From a bacterium (GTDB lineage Bacteria > Krumholzibacteriota > Krumholzibacteriia > LZORAL124-64-63): a stretch of 64,000 nucleotides of DNA. The notes under the pieces were generated by a model. That model searched no databases, was not told the DNA's origin, and saw only the letters and a program-made list of their open reading frames with translations. Positions 1 through 8,617 of the stretch are shown piece after piece (the first letter of the stretch is position 1; each line of letters starts with the position of its first letter). A program made the position numbers and the translations under genes. The DNA is taken from assembly GCA_043823125.1 (NCBI GenBank), contig JBDRBC010000187.1, positions 5,257 through 69,256 of the forward strand, read 5' to 3'.

Positions 1-888
1 ATCCTGGCCGAAGACGAGGAAAGCCGCCGTAAGGCACTGGCCCATATCCTGCCGCTGCAGCAGGAAGACTTCGAGGGCATCTTCGAGGCCATGGACGGGT
101 TGCCGGTGACGATCCGCTTGCTCGATCCGCCTCTGCACGAGTTTCTGCCGCAGGAGACCGACGAGATCGAGGCCCTGGCGGCCGAGATGGACGTCAAACC
201 CGAAACGCTGCACCGCAAGGTGGCCGCCCTCCACGAGATGAACCCGATGCTGGGACACCGTGGTTGCCGTCTGGGCCTGACCTACCCGGAGATCTACGAG
301 ACCCAGGCCGAGGCCATCATCAGGGCGGCTCTGGTGGTGAAAGCCAAGGGATGCGATGTCCAGCCGGAGATCATGATTCCGCTCACCGGTACCGTCCGTG
401 AGATGTCCGATACCAGGAAACTGTGCGTCTCGGTGGCCGAGCGAGTTATGAAAGAGGCCAACGCCCAGGTCGATTATATGGTCGGGACGATGATCGAGAT
501 TCCCCGAGCCGCGCTGTTGGCCGACAAGGTGGCGGAGTACGCCGAGTTCTTCAGCTTCGGCACCAACGATCTGACCCAGATGACCTTCGGCTACAGTCGT
601 GACGACGCGGGTGTGTTCCTGCCGCAGTACGTTGCCGAAGGCATCTTGCCGGCCGATCCGTTCCAGGAGCTGGATCAAGAGGGTGTGGGGCAGTTGGTGG
701 AGATGGCCTGTCGTCTGGGGCGCGAAGCCCGCCCCGATCTGCATCTCGGCATCTGTGGCGAACACGGCGGCGAGCCAAAATCCATCGCTTTCTGTCACAA
801 AGTGGGCCTCGACTATGTGAGCTGCTCACCATTCCGGGTACCCATCGCCAGGTTGGCCGCGGCGCAGATCGCCATCCTGAGCAAGTAG
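1..888 (+). CDS. ppdK: Pyruvate, phosphate dikinase, C-terminal portion (5' end lies outside the window; the reading frame is open from base 1)
   Basis: Translation carries the PEP-utilizing-enzyme C-terminal motifs (TNDLTQMTFGYSRDD...GICGEHGG...VSCSPFRVPIARLAAAQ). The frame of the 91..888 ORF stays open back to nt 1 (ILAEDEESRRKALAHILPLQ...). Confidence 0.85.
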   Translation: MLAEDEESRRKALAHILPLQQEDFEGIFEAMDGLPVTIRLLDPPLHEFLPQETDEIEALAAEMDVKPETLHRKVAALHEMNPMLGHRGCRLGLTYPEIYETQAEAIIRAALVVKAKGCDVQPEIMIPLTGTVREMSDTRKLCVSVAERVMKEANAQVDYMVGTMIEIPRAALLADKVAEYAEFFSFGTNDLTQMTFGYSRDDAGVFLPQYVAEGILPADPFQELDQEGVGQLVEMACRLGREARPDLHLGICGEHGGEPKSIAFCHKVGLDYVSCSPFRVPIARLAAAQIAILSK

Positions 889-949
889 ACGGGAGCATAA
901 CCCGCTGGCTGGGTAGCCGGTCCGGTTCTGACGGGATGAGGACGGGGAG

Positions 950-1477
950 ATGATACTGAAGGGTCTGCTCGGGTCGTTCACGGTGGTTGACGTATTCCAG
1001 TTCCTGGCACTGGCCAAGGTGACCGGTCTCCTGATCATCGACACCGTGAACGACCGGGCTTGGATCTACTTTCACAAGGGTGAGCTGATCTATGCCCGTC
1101 GGCAGGGGCCGACGGAAAGGCTTGGGGATCGCCTGTTGCGGCTCGGCATCATCAGCGAGTCACAGCTCGCCGGTGTCGATCTGCGGAACAATCTGGAATC
1201 CGGCAAGAAAAGGATCGGCCAGATCCTCGTGGACGCGGGTTCCCTGGATCAGGAATCGTTACAGAAAGTAGTCCGGAATCAGATTCAGGAAGTCGTCACT
1301 GATATCATCGCCTTCGAGAGCGGTGAGTTTCGGTTCTACGAGGACCGTCTCCCCCACGAGGAAGATATTCTGCTGGATGTAAGCCTCGATCTCCTGCTTC
1401 TGGAAGGTATGAAACGTCTCGATGAAATCCGGATGCCACACCGGAACGCAGACGATCCGGAGGGTGAGCCGGTTTGA
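950..1477 (+). CDS. DUF4388 domain protein
   Basis: N-terminal LKGLLGSFTVVDVFQFLALAKVTGLLIID...GELIYA matches the DUF4388 pattern (LkG.L..f.l.dvlQ.l....kTG.L.v...g.i.f..G.iv.A). A GAGGA SD sits about 7 nt upstream of the ATG. Confidence 0.6.
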   Translation: MILKGLLGSFTVVDVFQFLALAKVTGLLIIDTVNDRAWIYFHKGELIYARRQGPTERLGDRLLRLGIISESQLAGVDLRNNLESGKKRIGQILVDAGSLDQESLQKVVRNQIQEVVTDIIAFESGEFRFYEDRLPHEEDILLDVSLDLLLLEGMKRLDEIRMPHRNADDPEGEPV

Positions 1478-1639
1478 CCTTTCTCTGACATCGCTGCCCT
1501 ATCCGGAGCGGCGACGGTCCTGGTTGACGGCAGATGACCCGTTCCCCCGCGTCCGGTCTGGCGGCCGGACGAACATGAATCAGCTCCGTTGGCGCCGTCC
1601 CGTATCAGGGCGGGACGTCTCAACCCGGGGGAGGTACAG

Positions 1640-3955
1640 GTGCAGATCCAGTGGTCCATACCCGGCTGGGGTTGGTTGCTGCTGTTGACCGCCGCGGTGG
1701 CGGGGTTGGTCTGGACGCGTCGTCAGTATCGTTTAAGTGAACCAGCCATCGGTCGGCGACTTCGCTTCTGGCTCGTTGGCTTGCGATTCCTCGCCTTGAT
1801 CTGTCTGCTGCTGGCCATCGCCCGCCCTCTGCTTCACCAAATTCGTCACGAGAGCCGGATCGCCGAGGTTGTGATTCTCGTGGAGGATTCTGCCAGCATG
1901 GCTCTGGCCACGGAGACGGACAGCACTTCGCGCTGGGAACGGGCTCGCGAACTCGTTGCCCGCGCTGATTCCCTGCTGCAACAACGAGATATCCCGGTGC
2001 ATTGTACCTGGCTGCGGGGCAATGGGCTGACCCCGTCACAACCGTTCACTTTGCCCGCCGCCACACCACCGCCTCCGGTCGCGGTGGGTAGTGACCATGC
2101 CGTGCTCGTTCGAGAGGTGACCAATCGCTGGGCCGAACGCCCGCTGCGCGGCCTGATCCTGCTGACTGACGGTAATGACACGGCGGAACAACGTGGACCG
2201 GGCGCTTCAGCCACGAATCTCGGTTCGACCGCATTACTGGCTCTCGGTCTGGGCGACCCCACCGGGCCCGCGGACCGTTTCATTCAAGACCTGCGGTATC
2301 CGGACACCGCCTTTGCGGGTGATGAGGTCGTGGTGGAGGTAAGCGTTGCCAGCCGTTTCCCGGAGGCGATGGCCACCGGTGAAGTGGTGGTTCGGCTCCT
2401 GGCTGGAGAAGAGGTGGTTGCCAGGGCGAGTGCGCCGCCGGAAACGGGTAGCGGGATCACCCGTCTCGAACTGACTGTGGCTCCGGAGAGTCCCGGGCTC
2501 CAGGTGTACGAGCTGGAGGTGGCGCCTCTCGACAACGAACGTTACCTCAGCAACAACCGTGCGTCAGTGGCCGTTAACGTGAGGAAGGAACGGGCACGCC
2601 TGCTCCTGCTCGCCGGCCGCCCGCACTGGGACCTCCGGTTTCTCGCCCAGGCCGCTCGCCACGAGGAGCGTCTGCAGGTGGACGTCGTCTATCTCGGACA
2701 GTCCGGTCTTGTTCTTGCTGATAGCAGCACCAGCCCTACCTGGTCACCGCCCGGTGATGTGGCGGGTTGGAGTCAATGGGATGGGATCGTCCTGTTCGGT
2801 TGGACCGATCTGCGCGAGCGGATAGACTGGGGGACCTTCTCTCAAGCCGTGCGCGCTGGCCGCGGTCTCCTTGTGTTGCCGGATGGCACATTCGCGCACG
2901 GTGGGGCAGAGGTAGAGCAGCGGGTTGAACAGATGACCTCGCCCCTGGCAGAGTTGCTGCCGGTAAGGCTCGACCTAGCCTTGTGGGAGGCGAATAGCTG
3001 GTTCGGTCGGGGCACGGCCGTCGGCGGTCGACATCCCCTGTTGGCCGGGGTCACGTATCAGGTGACTCCTGGCAATGAGTTCGGCTCTGGCCGGCTGCCC
3101 CCGCTGATGGAGGTGGCCAGCGTCACCCTGCGGCCTGACGCCATCCAGTTGCTGACCGCGGCACCGCAACGGGCCGAAAACGAGCAGCGGTCTTCCCGGG
3201 AATCGGAGCACCCGCTGCTGGTACTGGGACAGGCAGGACAAGGGAACATCGCCTGGTTTGGCGGACGCCAGCTCTGGGAACTGGCGTTCTGGGAACCTTC
3301 CCTGCAGCGGAACGATCTCGAGGAGCAGCCGGCTCGCCGCTTGCTACGCAATCTCCTCCTCTGGACGGCCAAGGGGGAAGAGGATTCCGGACTGACCCTG
3401 GTGGGGCACCGCACGGTCTATCGCGAAGGCGAACGGATCCGACTCGAAGCCCAGTGGCGTGATCTGCGCGGTACCCCGGTGACGGATCGAGCGTTGGCTC
3501 TGGAACTGGCGCCGATGACACCGGAGTCCAGGTTGCCGATCCGCACCTATTCCATGGATCCGCTACCGGGACATCCCGGACATGCCGAGGTCCTCCTGCC
3601 ACCCGTGCCGCCGGGACAATATCGTGTCCGCCCGCGGGCGGCGGACGATGAACAAATCGAGGGCCGTGAAGCAGCACTGGTTGTGACCCCGCACAGCCTG
3701 GAGGCGACCCAGGTCAGGCAAGACAGTCGTTTCCTGCGGCAGCTCGCCAGCGGTTTGGGGGGGAGTTATGCCTCCGGCAACAGTGACGCAACGGATGATC
3801 GGTTGGTACAGTTCTGTGAGGATCTCGATCTGGCGGGGGATGTGCTGACGTTGAACTCCCGCCGGGCTGTCTGGTCGGGCTGGCCCCTGTTGACCGTGGC
3901 CTCGCTGTTGCTTGGCGCAGAATGGGTACTCCGGCGTCGTCACGGTCTGTTGTAA
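1640..3955 (+). CDS. Membrane-anchored von Willebrand factor A (vWA) domain protein (BatA-like architecture: N-terminal TM pair, vWA/MIDAS, large extracytoplasmic region, C-terminal TM)
   Basis: GTG at 1640 lies 7 nt after GGGGGAG. Hydrophobic N-terminus (WGWLLLLTAAVAGLVW, LRFLALICLLLAIARPLL); DxSxS MIDAS-like motif (ILVEDSASM) and LLTDGNDT; C-terminal hydrophobic helix (WPLLTVASLLLGAEWVL). Family assignment is from motif recall only. Confidence 0.5.
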   Translation: MQIQWSIPGWGWLLLLTAAVAGLVWTRRQYRLSEPAIGRRLRFWLVGLRFLALICLLLAIARPLLHQIRHESRIAEVVILVEDSASMALATETDSTSRWERARELVARADSLLQQRDIPVHCTWLRGNGLTPSQPFTLPAATPPPPVAVGSDHAVLVREVTNRWAERPLRGLILLTDGNDTAEQRGPGASATNLGSTALLALGLGDPTGPADRFIQDLRYPDTAFAGDEVVVEVSVASRFPEAMATGEVVVRLLAGEEVVARASAPPETGSGITRLELTVAPESPGLQVYELEVAPLDNERYLSNNRASVAVNVRKERARLLLLAGRPHWDLRFLAQAARHEERLQVDVVYLGQSGLVLADSSTSPTWSPPGDVAGWSQWDGIVLFGWTDLRERIDWGTFSQAVRAGRGLLVLPDGTFAHGGAEVEQRVEQMTSPLAELLPVRLDLALWEANSWFGRGTAVGGRHPLLAGVTYQVTPGNEFGSGRLPPLMEVASVTLRPDAIQLLTAAPQRAENEQRSSRESEHPLLVLGQAGQGNIAWFGGRQLWELAFWEPSLQRNDLEEQPARRLLRNLLLWTAKGEEDSGLTLVGHRTVYREGERIRLEAQWRDLRGTPVTDRALALELAPMTPESRLPIRTYSMDPLPGHPGHAEVLLPPVPPGQYRVRPRAADDEQIEGREAALVVTPHSLEATQVRQDSRFLRQLASGLGGSYASGNSDATDDRLVQFCEDLDLAGDVLTLNSRRAVWSGWPLLTVASLLLGAEWVLRRRHGLL

Positions 3956-4095
3956 GCACCACCGGCTTTCGGCGCCACGGCGAACTGTTGCCGCCCTCCT
4001 TTCGCTTCTTCCCTCCCTGATGTCGATGACCACGAGGCAGGGTCGGTCGACAGCTCTCCTGCCTGTGCAGTCCCTCCCGGATAGGTATTGGATCC

Positions 4096-5871
4096 ATGTT
4101 CTTCGGATCACCGCAGTGGATTGGGGCGGTGTACCCTCGGGGTTACTGGGGCGGATTGTTGATGACTCTCGTGTTGACACTCCCGGTGGCACCGCTGTAC
4201 GCGAGCGAACTGGTGCTGAACGAAATCCTCTACGATCCGATGGGCGCCGATGGTGGCCAGGAATTCGTGGAGCTGTTCTGGGGGGGGACGACAGCGCACT
4301 GTCTGGAGGGAGTCCGGCTCGAGTTCGCCAACGGATCAGCGGCGCCGGAGTGGCAGTTGCGCTGGACCGGGACAGTGCGGGACACCATCCAGCCGGGCGG
4401 ATTCTTTCTCATCGTCGACACGGGCTGGGAATCGGTCGTGCCGCTGGATGTGGAAGTTTCCCTCGCCCTGCAAAATGGCCCGGATGCAGTGAGACTGACC
4501 GGCCCGACGTTGAGTCAGGATGTGCTGGGTTACGGCGATCTGGCGGACAGTACATTGTACGAGGGAGAGCCGCACCCCGATGTCGCTTCGGGTTACTCGG
4601 TGGCGCGACGTCCCGACGGATTCGATAGTGACAACAACCTGCAGGATTGGGTGGCGCTGGCTGATCCGACCCCGGGTTCGCGAAATTTCCAGCTCCTGGC
4701 GGGGCGGGTCAGTCGTTTCGAAGCGTGTCCAGCTTCGCTCCCGGTCCCGAGTTCTCCGGTGGAGTTGCGTTGCGAACTGTACAATTGCGGTCTGGTGGAA
4801 ATTGCCGCCGGGACCGTCTCTCTGCTGGTGACGGAGACCGGTGAATCAATCCCCGCCTGGCTCGACCAGCTTCCCCCCGGACAAGGCCAGTGGTTGCAGT
4901 ACGCCTGGACGCCCCTTGCGGTTGGCCGGTACCGATTGGAACTGGAGCTCACTACCCTGGCCGGTGAAAACCCCTGGCGACTGCCAGCAGGAAGATTCCA
5001 GGTGGGGATCACCGGGCCTTATCTGAACGAGGTCATGGCGGCACCTGCCAGCACCAGCTGCGAGTGGGTGGAGATCGGGAACGCCGGCCCGGTGTCGGTG
5101 GCGCTGGACAGCCTGCAAATCCGGGATGAAGACGGTGACTGGCGGATCTTACCGTGCTTTCAGCTTGCACCTGATCAATTCGTGGTGCTCGTGCAAGACC
5201 GCGACCGATTCCTGGGCTGGTGGGAAGGATTGGTCACGGACGGCGCTGCAGCGCCGTGCGGCAATGAGGCGCCGGTGACAGGTTCGCTGTTGCTGGGAGG
5301 TTGGCCCTCCCTCAATAACAGCGCACCGGACAGTCGGCAGTTTGCTGACAGGCTTTATCTTGGCGATTCCCGCGGTGTTGTCCTGGATCAGGTCACCCTC
5401 GGTGAGCAGGAAGCCCTGCCGGTCGGACGCAGTCTGGAGCGAATTGCTCTGGCGCCCAGAGGGGCCCTGGCGAGAAACTGGGGGCCCGCCACCACCGCTC
5501 TGGGAGGGACCCCGGCCTGCGGCAATAGCATCGCCACCCTGCCCGCATCGTCTGCCACCCTCACCCTGATTCCCAATCCTTTTGTTCCTGGCGGTCAGCA
5601 GGACAGTGTCTTGCACATCCAGTTCCAACTCACTGCTGATAGCAATGGCTGGGATGTCCGGGTCTTCGACCTCTGGGGTCGCCTCGTCCGCGATCTCGGT
5701 GGCGATGAGCTCGGAACGGGACCGCGGGATCTACTCTGGGACGGCCGAGACGACCGGGGTGAATTAGTGGAGGTGGGCGCATATATCGTCCTGCTTCGAC
5801 TGTTCGATAGCGATCATGCCACCACGGGAGGAGTCAAACGGCTAGCCGTGGTGCACGATAATTTCCGTTGA
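4096..5871 (+). CDS. Secreted protein with two lamin-tail domains (LTD) and a C-terminal FlgD-Ig-like / T9SS-type sorting domain
   Basis: Signal-peptide-like N-terminus (…RGYWGGLLMTLVLTLPVAPLYA|SE). LTD signatures LVLNEILYDPMGADGGQEFVELFWGG and PYLNEVMAAPASTSCEWVEIGNAG. C-terminus IPNPFVPGGQQDSVLHIQFQL…WDVRVFDLWGRLVRDL…LLWDGRDDRGELVEVGAYIVLLRL is typical of FlgD-Ig/Por-secretion-tail domains. Its stop overlaps the next start (TTGA). Confidence 0.6.
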   Translation: MFFGSPQWIGAVYPRGYWGGLLMTLVLTLPVAPLYASELVLNEILYDPMGADGGQEFVELFWGGTTAHCLEGVRLEFANGSAAPEWQLRWTGTVRDTIQPGGFFLIVDTGWESVVPLDVEVSLALQNGPDAVRLTGPTLSQDVLGYGDLADSTLYEGEPHPDVASGYSVARRPDGFDSDNNLQDWVALADPTPGSRNFQLLAGRVSRFEACPASLPVPSSPVELRCELYNCGLVEIAAGTVSLLVTETGESIPAWLDQLPPGQGQWLQYAWTPLAVGRYRLELELTTLAGENPWRLPAGRFQVGITGPYLNEVMAAPASTSCEWVEIGNAGPVSVALDSLQIRDEDGDWRILPCFQLAPDQFVVLVQDRDRFLGWWEGLVTDGAAAPCGNEAPVTGSLLLGGWPSLNNSAPDSRQFADRLYLGDSRGVVLDQVTLGEQEALPVGRSLERIALAPRGALARNWGPATTALGGTPACGNSIATLPASSATLTLIPNPFVPGGQQDSVLHIQFQLTADSNGWDVRVFDLWGRLVRDLGGDELGTGPRDLLWDGRDDRGELVEVGAYIVLLRLFDSDHATTGGVKRLAVVHDNFR

Positions 5872-6827
5872 ACTCCCGTGTGTTCGGGAACAACTTCCTT
5901 CCTGCCAACATGATATTGCATCGGCTGTATAACGTTTGGGGCCACCAGGCGGATGTCGCTGGATTTCCAGGTCGTCACTGGTTGTTCACCCGAGGGCGTT
6001 CCGGGTTGTACCACGCGACTCTCGCCGGGATGGTCTGGATCCTCACTACTTGCTGCCCGGCCATCGGCTGTGCTGGTGGACTTCGTGATCTTCAAGACGG
6101 CTGGCTGGTGCCAGTGGCCGCGACAGCCCGCATGCTCGGCGATCGGTCCGGGGATAGTGTCAGCGACCTGCCGGATCGGGGTCTCTGGGTGGCGTGTGGT
6201 CGGTCCAGCCTGTACGGCATGCCGGAACTCCCGTTACGACGACTGGCGCTCGGTGCGCTGTTCCCGCGGTTTGCACTTTCGGCTGCGTGGCAGCGGCTCG
6301 GAGATGATCTCTACCGCGAGGATACCATTCGGGGGCGTTTGGAGGTGGGGAGACACTGGCGCGGGGTGTTGGAGGGAGGATACGACCGGATCGAACTGGC
6401 GGCGGTAAGTAAACGATCTATCCCCCGACTGCAGCTCACCCTGCTGATGCCGTTGACCGGCCGAATCCGATTCGTGTGGACCGTACCGCTTCCGGTCAAC
6501 TCGGAGCCGCCCGTCGAGCGAGAACTGTCCCGCTGGCTGGAACTGCACGGCCGGGGACAACAACTATGCTGGTGCCTGGCGTTGGATCGGTCGGGTATGA
6601 GAGTGCCGGCCTTGCAGTTCGCTGTGTTGGCCAGGGTGGCGAATGGCGTCGGCTTCGGTGTGCGCGCGGAACCGGCCACCGGCAGTTTGGGTGGATCCAC
6701 TGTCTGGCTGCGGGGGGACGGAACCGCTGGGTCCTGGCTGGTGCGAACCTCTCATGTGATGCATCCGGATCTGGGCTTGACCCATCGCTGGTATCTCGCC
6801 TGGGGAAATGTGGGGGCAGCCTGGTGA
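5868..6827 (+). CDS. Hypothetical protein (319 aa), translationally coupled to both neighbours
   Basis: Long ORF in a coding-like high-GC3 frame. TTG start overlaps the upstream stop (TTGA at 5868-5871); its stop overlaps the downstream GTG (GTGA at 6824-6827). No recognisable motifs; the protein ends in ...GAAW. Confidence 0.4.
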   Translation: MNSRVFGNNFLPANMILHRLYNVWGHQADVAGFPGRHWLFTRGRSGLYHATLAGMVWILTTCCPAIGCAGGLRDLQDGWLVPVAATARMLGDRSGDSVSDLPDRGLWVACGRSSLYGMPELPLRRLALGALFPRFALSAAWQRLGDDLYREDTIRGRLEVGRHWRGVLEGGYDRIELAAVSKRSIPRLQLTLLMPLTGRIRFVWTVPLPVNSEPPVERELSRWLELHGRGQQLCWCLALDRSGMRVPALQFAVLARVANGVGFGVRAEPATGSLGGSTVWLRGDGTAGSWLVRTSHVMHPDLGLTHRWYLAWGNVGAAW

Positions 6828-8512
6828 ACTGGCGAAAGACAACTTCCGCTGCCGCATGGAGCTTTGGGCTGTTGATCTGTACCTGGATCGTGATAAGCAA
6901 CGGTACGGTGGTTCTGGCTCAGGCCGAGGAAATGGCAGTGCCGGATTCGACGTCCGGTGACGAACTCACCGGGTATCCATGGCTCGACGCCGAGGCAACA
7001 GCTTCCTTACTGGTGGATGTGGTCCAAAACGAAACAGGATTGACGGAGGCCGACTGGGAACGACTCGGACTGCTGGAACTCGTGGCCCGAGACAGTGCCA
7101 CGACACAGGCGTCAGCGGCGTTATCTCGGCGGGGCGGACAAGCGGCCTACCGGCTCTACTGCCGGGACGGGACTGCCGGATCACGCCTCGGCTGGGTCCG
7201 TTTTTCACATGGACCGTGGAGTGGTGCTGGCCGGACCAGGCTCGACCTGGAAAACCGTCGTCAGCGCGGAGGGTATCTGGCCTGGGTACAGGATAGCGTG
7301 CGGATCCGGCTCGGCGGAACCGGTTTGCAGCACGGCCTGGGTTTACTCTTCGCGGCGCCCGGTCGCTGGCGAAGTCGATCGGCCACCGCACGGCTGGCCA
7401 GTGGTGGGACCGGGGCAGTGGCCTACAGCGGGACCGACGATCCACGGGCGGTCTGGGGGATAGCGACGGAGCTGCATCTTGCCGACTGGCGGCTGACGAC
7501 CTTGTGGGGGCGACCGGACGGGAGGTCCGCCGATGAGGCGGAATCGATCCAGTTGATCCAGCTGTCGCGCTTCTTGACCGAGGGGGAGGTGAGTGTCGCC
7601 GCGGGTCGCCGAGGCGTGGCCCAGGGTATCAGCCTGGCTTTCCGTTCCCAACCGGAGTGGGGTGAACTGCGTCTGGAAACCGCTTGCTGGCGCCAGGAGG
7701 CGACGAAACCGCTGGCGTCCGCGGCAGCGGTGAACCTGCGGTTCGTGGCCAAGCGCTGGCAACTGGAGGGGCAAATCAGTTCAGCTTGTTCCGGGCAGAC
7801 ACCGTTTCTGGGGCAACGCCCGGCGGCGTTGCCGGCCTGGTGGGGTTGGGGATGGTTGCTGCGGGGAGAGATTCGGCTGGACCGGAGCAGTCGGGTCCAG
7901 GCGCTGGTGGGCCGAGGCGTGGAACGAGAGCCCACGGCAAACGGGCCGCGCTCGCGCGAGAGTCACCGGCTCGAACTGGTTCTGGTCACCCGACTCCGTC
8001 CTGGCGTCCGTTTGCTGGCGCGCGTCCGGTGGCAAGGCCGCGGGGACCGGGGTTGGCAACAACGCTCCCCCTGGTTGCCGCCAGCGCTTTACGCTGATTC
8101 GTCGCGTCGACTCATGGTCATGGATCTCGAACGCACCTGGCCGCAACTCCGGCTGCTCGTGTCCGTGCGAGATCAGGGCCAGCAGGAGGCGACCGAGATT
8201 CCGTTGGGTACGACCAGTCGCCATTTGTTGACGTGTTCCCTCGTCTGGAAGGCCAATGAAAGCTGGCGGTGGCGTTTCGGTCGGGGGTGGGCTTGGGGAG
8301 CGCCGCTGGATTTGTTGACGGTTGCGGTTCCGGCGCCCGGCATTGTCACTCCACGCCACTGGGGCGGTTGGGACAGCGAGACCAGTCTCGGCTGCGAGTG
8401 TCGCTGGCGGGATATACTATGGCAAGGTGGGGTCGCTTTTCGCGAAGCGCGTCTCGATTCGGACCTGCCGGATCGCTGCGAGTTCTGGGGACGGACGGGA
8501 GTCGCCTGGTAA
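6824..8512 (+). CDS. Putative secreted / outer-membrane beta-barrel-like protein (563 aa)
   Basis: The in-frame GTG at 6824 gives a signal-peptide-like N-terminus (VNWRKTTSAAAWSFGLLICTWIVISNGTVVLAQA|EE). Trp/Arg-rich with alternating hydrophobic stretches and a C-terminal aromatic residue (…GRTGVAW). The 5' part of the track ORF (6476-6823) overlaps the preceding gene and is not considered coding. Confidence 0.45.
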   Translation: MNWRKTTSAAAWSFGLLICTWIVISNGTVVLAQAEEMAVPDSTSGDELTGYPWLDAEATASLLVDVVQNETGLTEADWERLGLLELVARDSATTQASAALSRRGGQAAYRLYCRDGTAGSRLGWVRFSHGPWSGAGRTRLDLENRRQRGGYLAWVQDSVRIRLGGTGLQHGLGLLFAAPGRWRSRSATARLASGGTGAVAYSGTDDPRAVWGIATELHLADWRLTTLWGRPDGRSADEAESIQLIQLSRFLTEGEVSVAAGRRGVAQGISLAFRSQPEWGELRLETACWRQEATKPLASAAAVNLRFVAKRWQLEGQISSACSGQTPFLGQRPAALPAWWGWGWLLRGEIRLDRSSRVQALVGRGVEREPTANGPRSRESHRLELVLVTRLRPGVRLLARVRWQGRGDRGWQQRSPWLPPALYADSSRRLMVMDLERTWPQLRLLVSVRDQGQQEATEIPLGTTSRHLLTCSLVWKANESWRWRFGRGWAWGAPLDLLTVAVPAPGIVTPRHWGGWDSETSLGCECRWRDILWQGGVAFREARLDSDLPDRCEFWGRTGVAW

Positions 8513-8617
8513 TAAACGCGGACTCAACTTCTCGCGCGGTTCACCGAAATCAAGGGAGGTGTTGTCCATCCAGTTTTAACCTGAATTGCCAGCAGTCGGT
8601 ACTGGGATTATTACTCT

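Noticed and set aside
6476-6823. 5' part of the 6476..8512 track ORF
   Set aside because: It overlaps the 5868..6827 gene. The in-frame GTG at 6824, coupled to the upstream stop, yields a clean signal peptide, so the true start is taken there.
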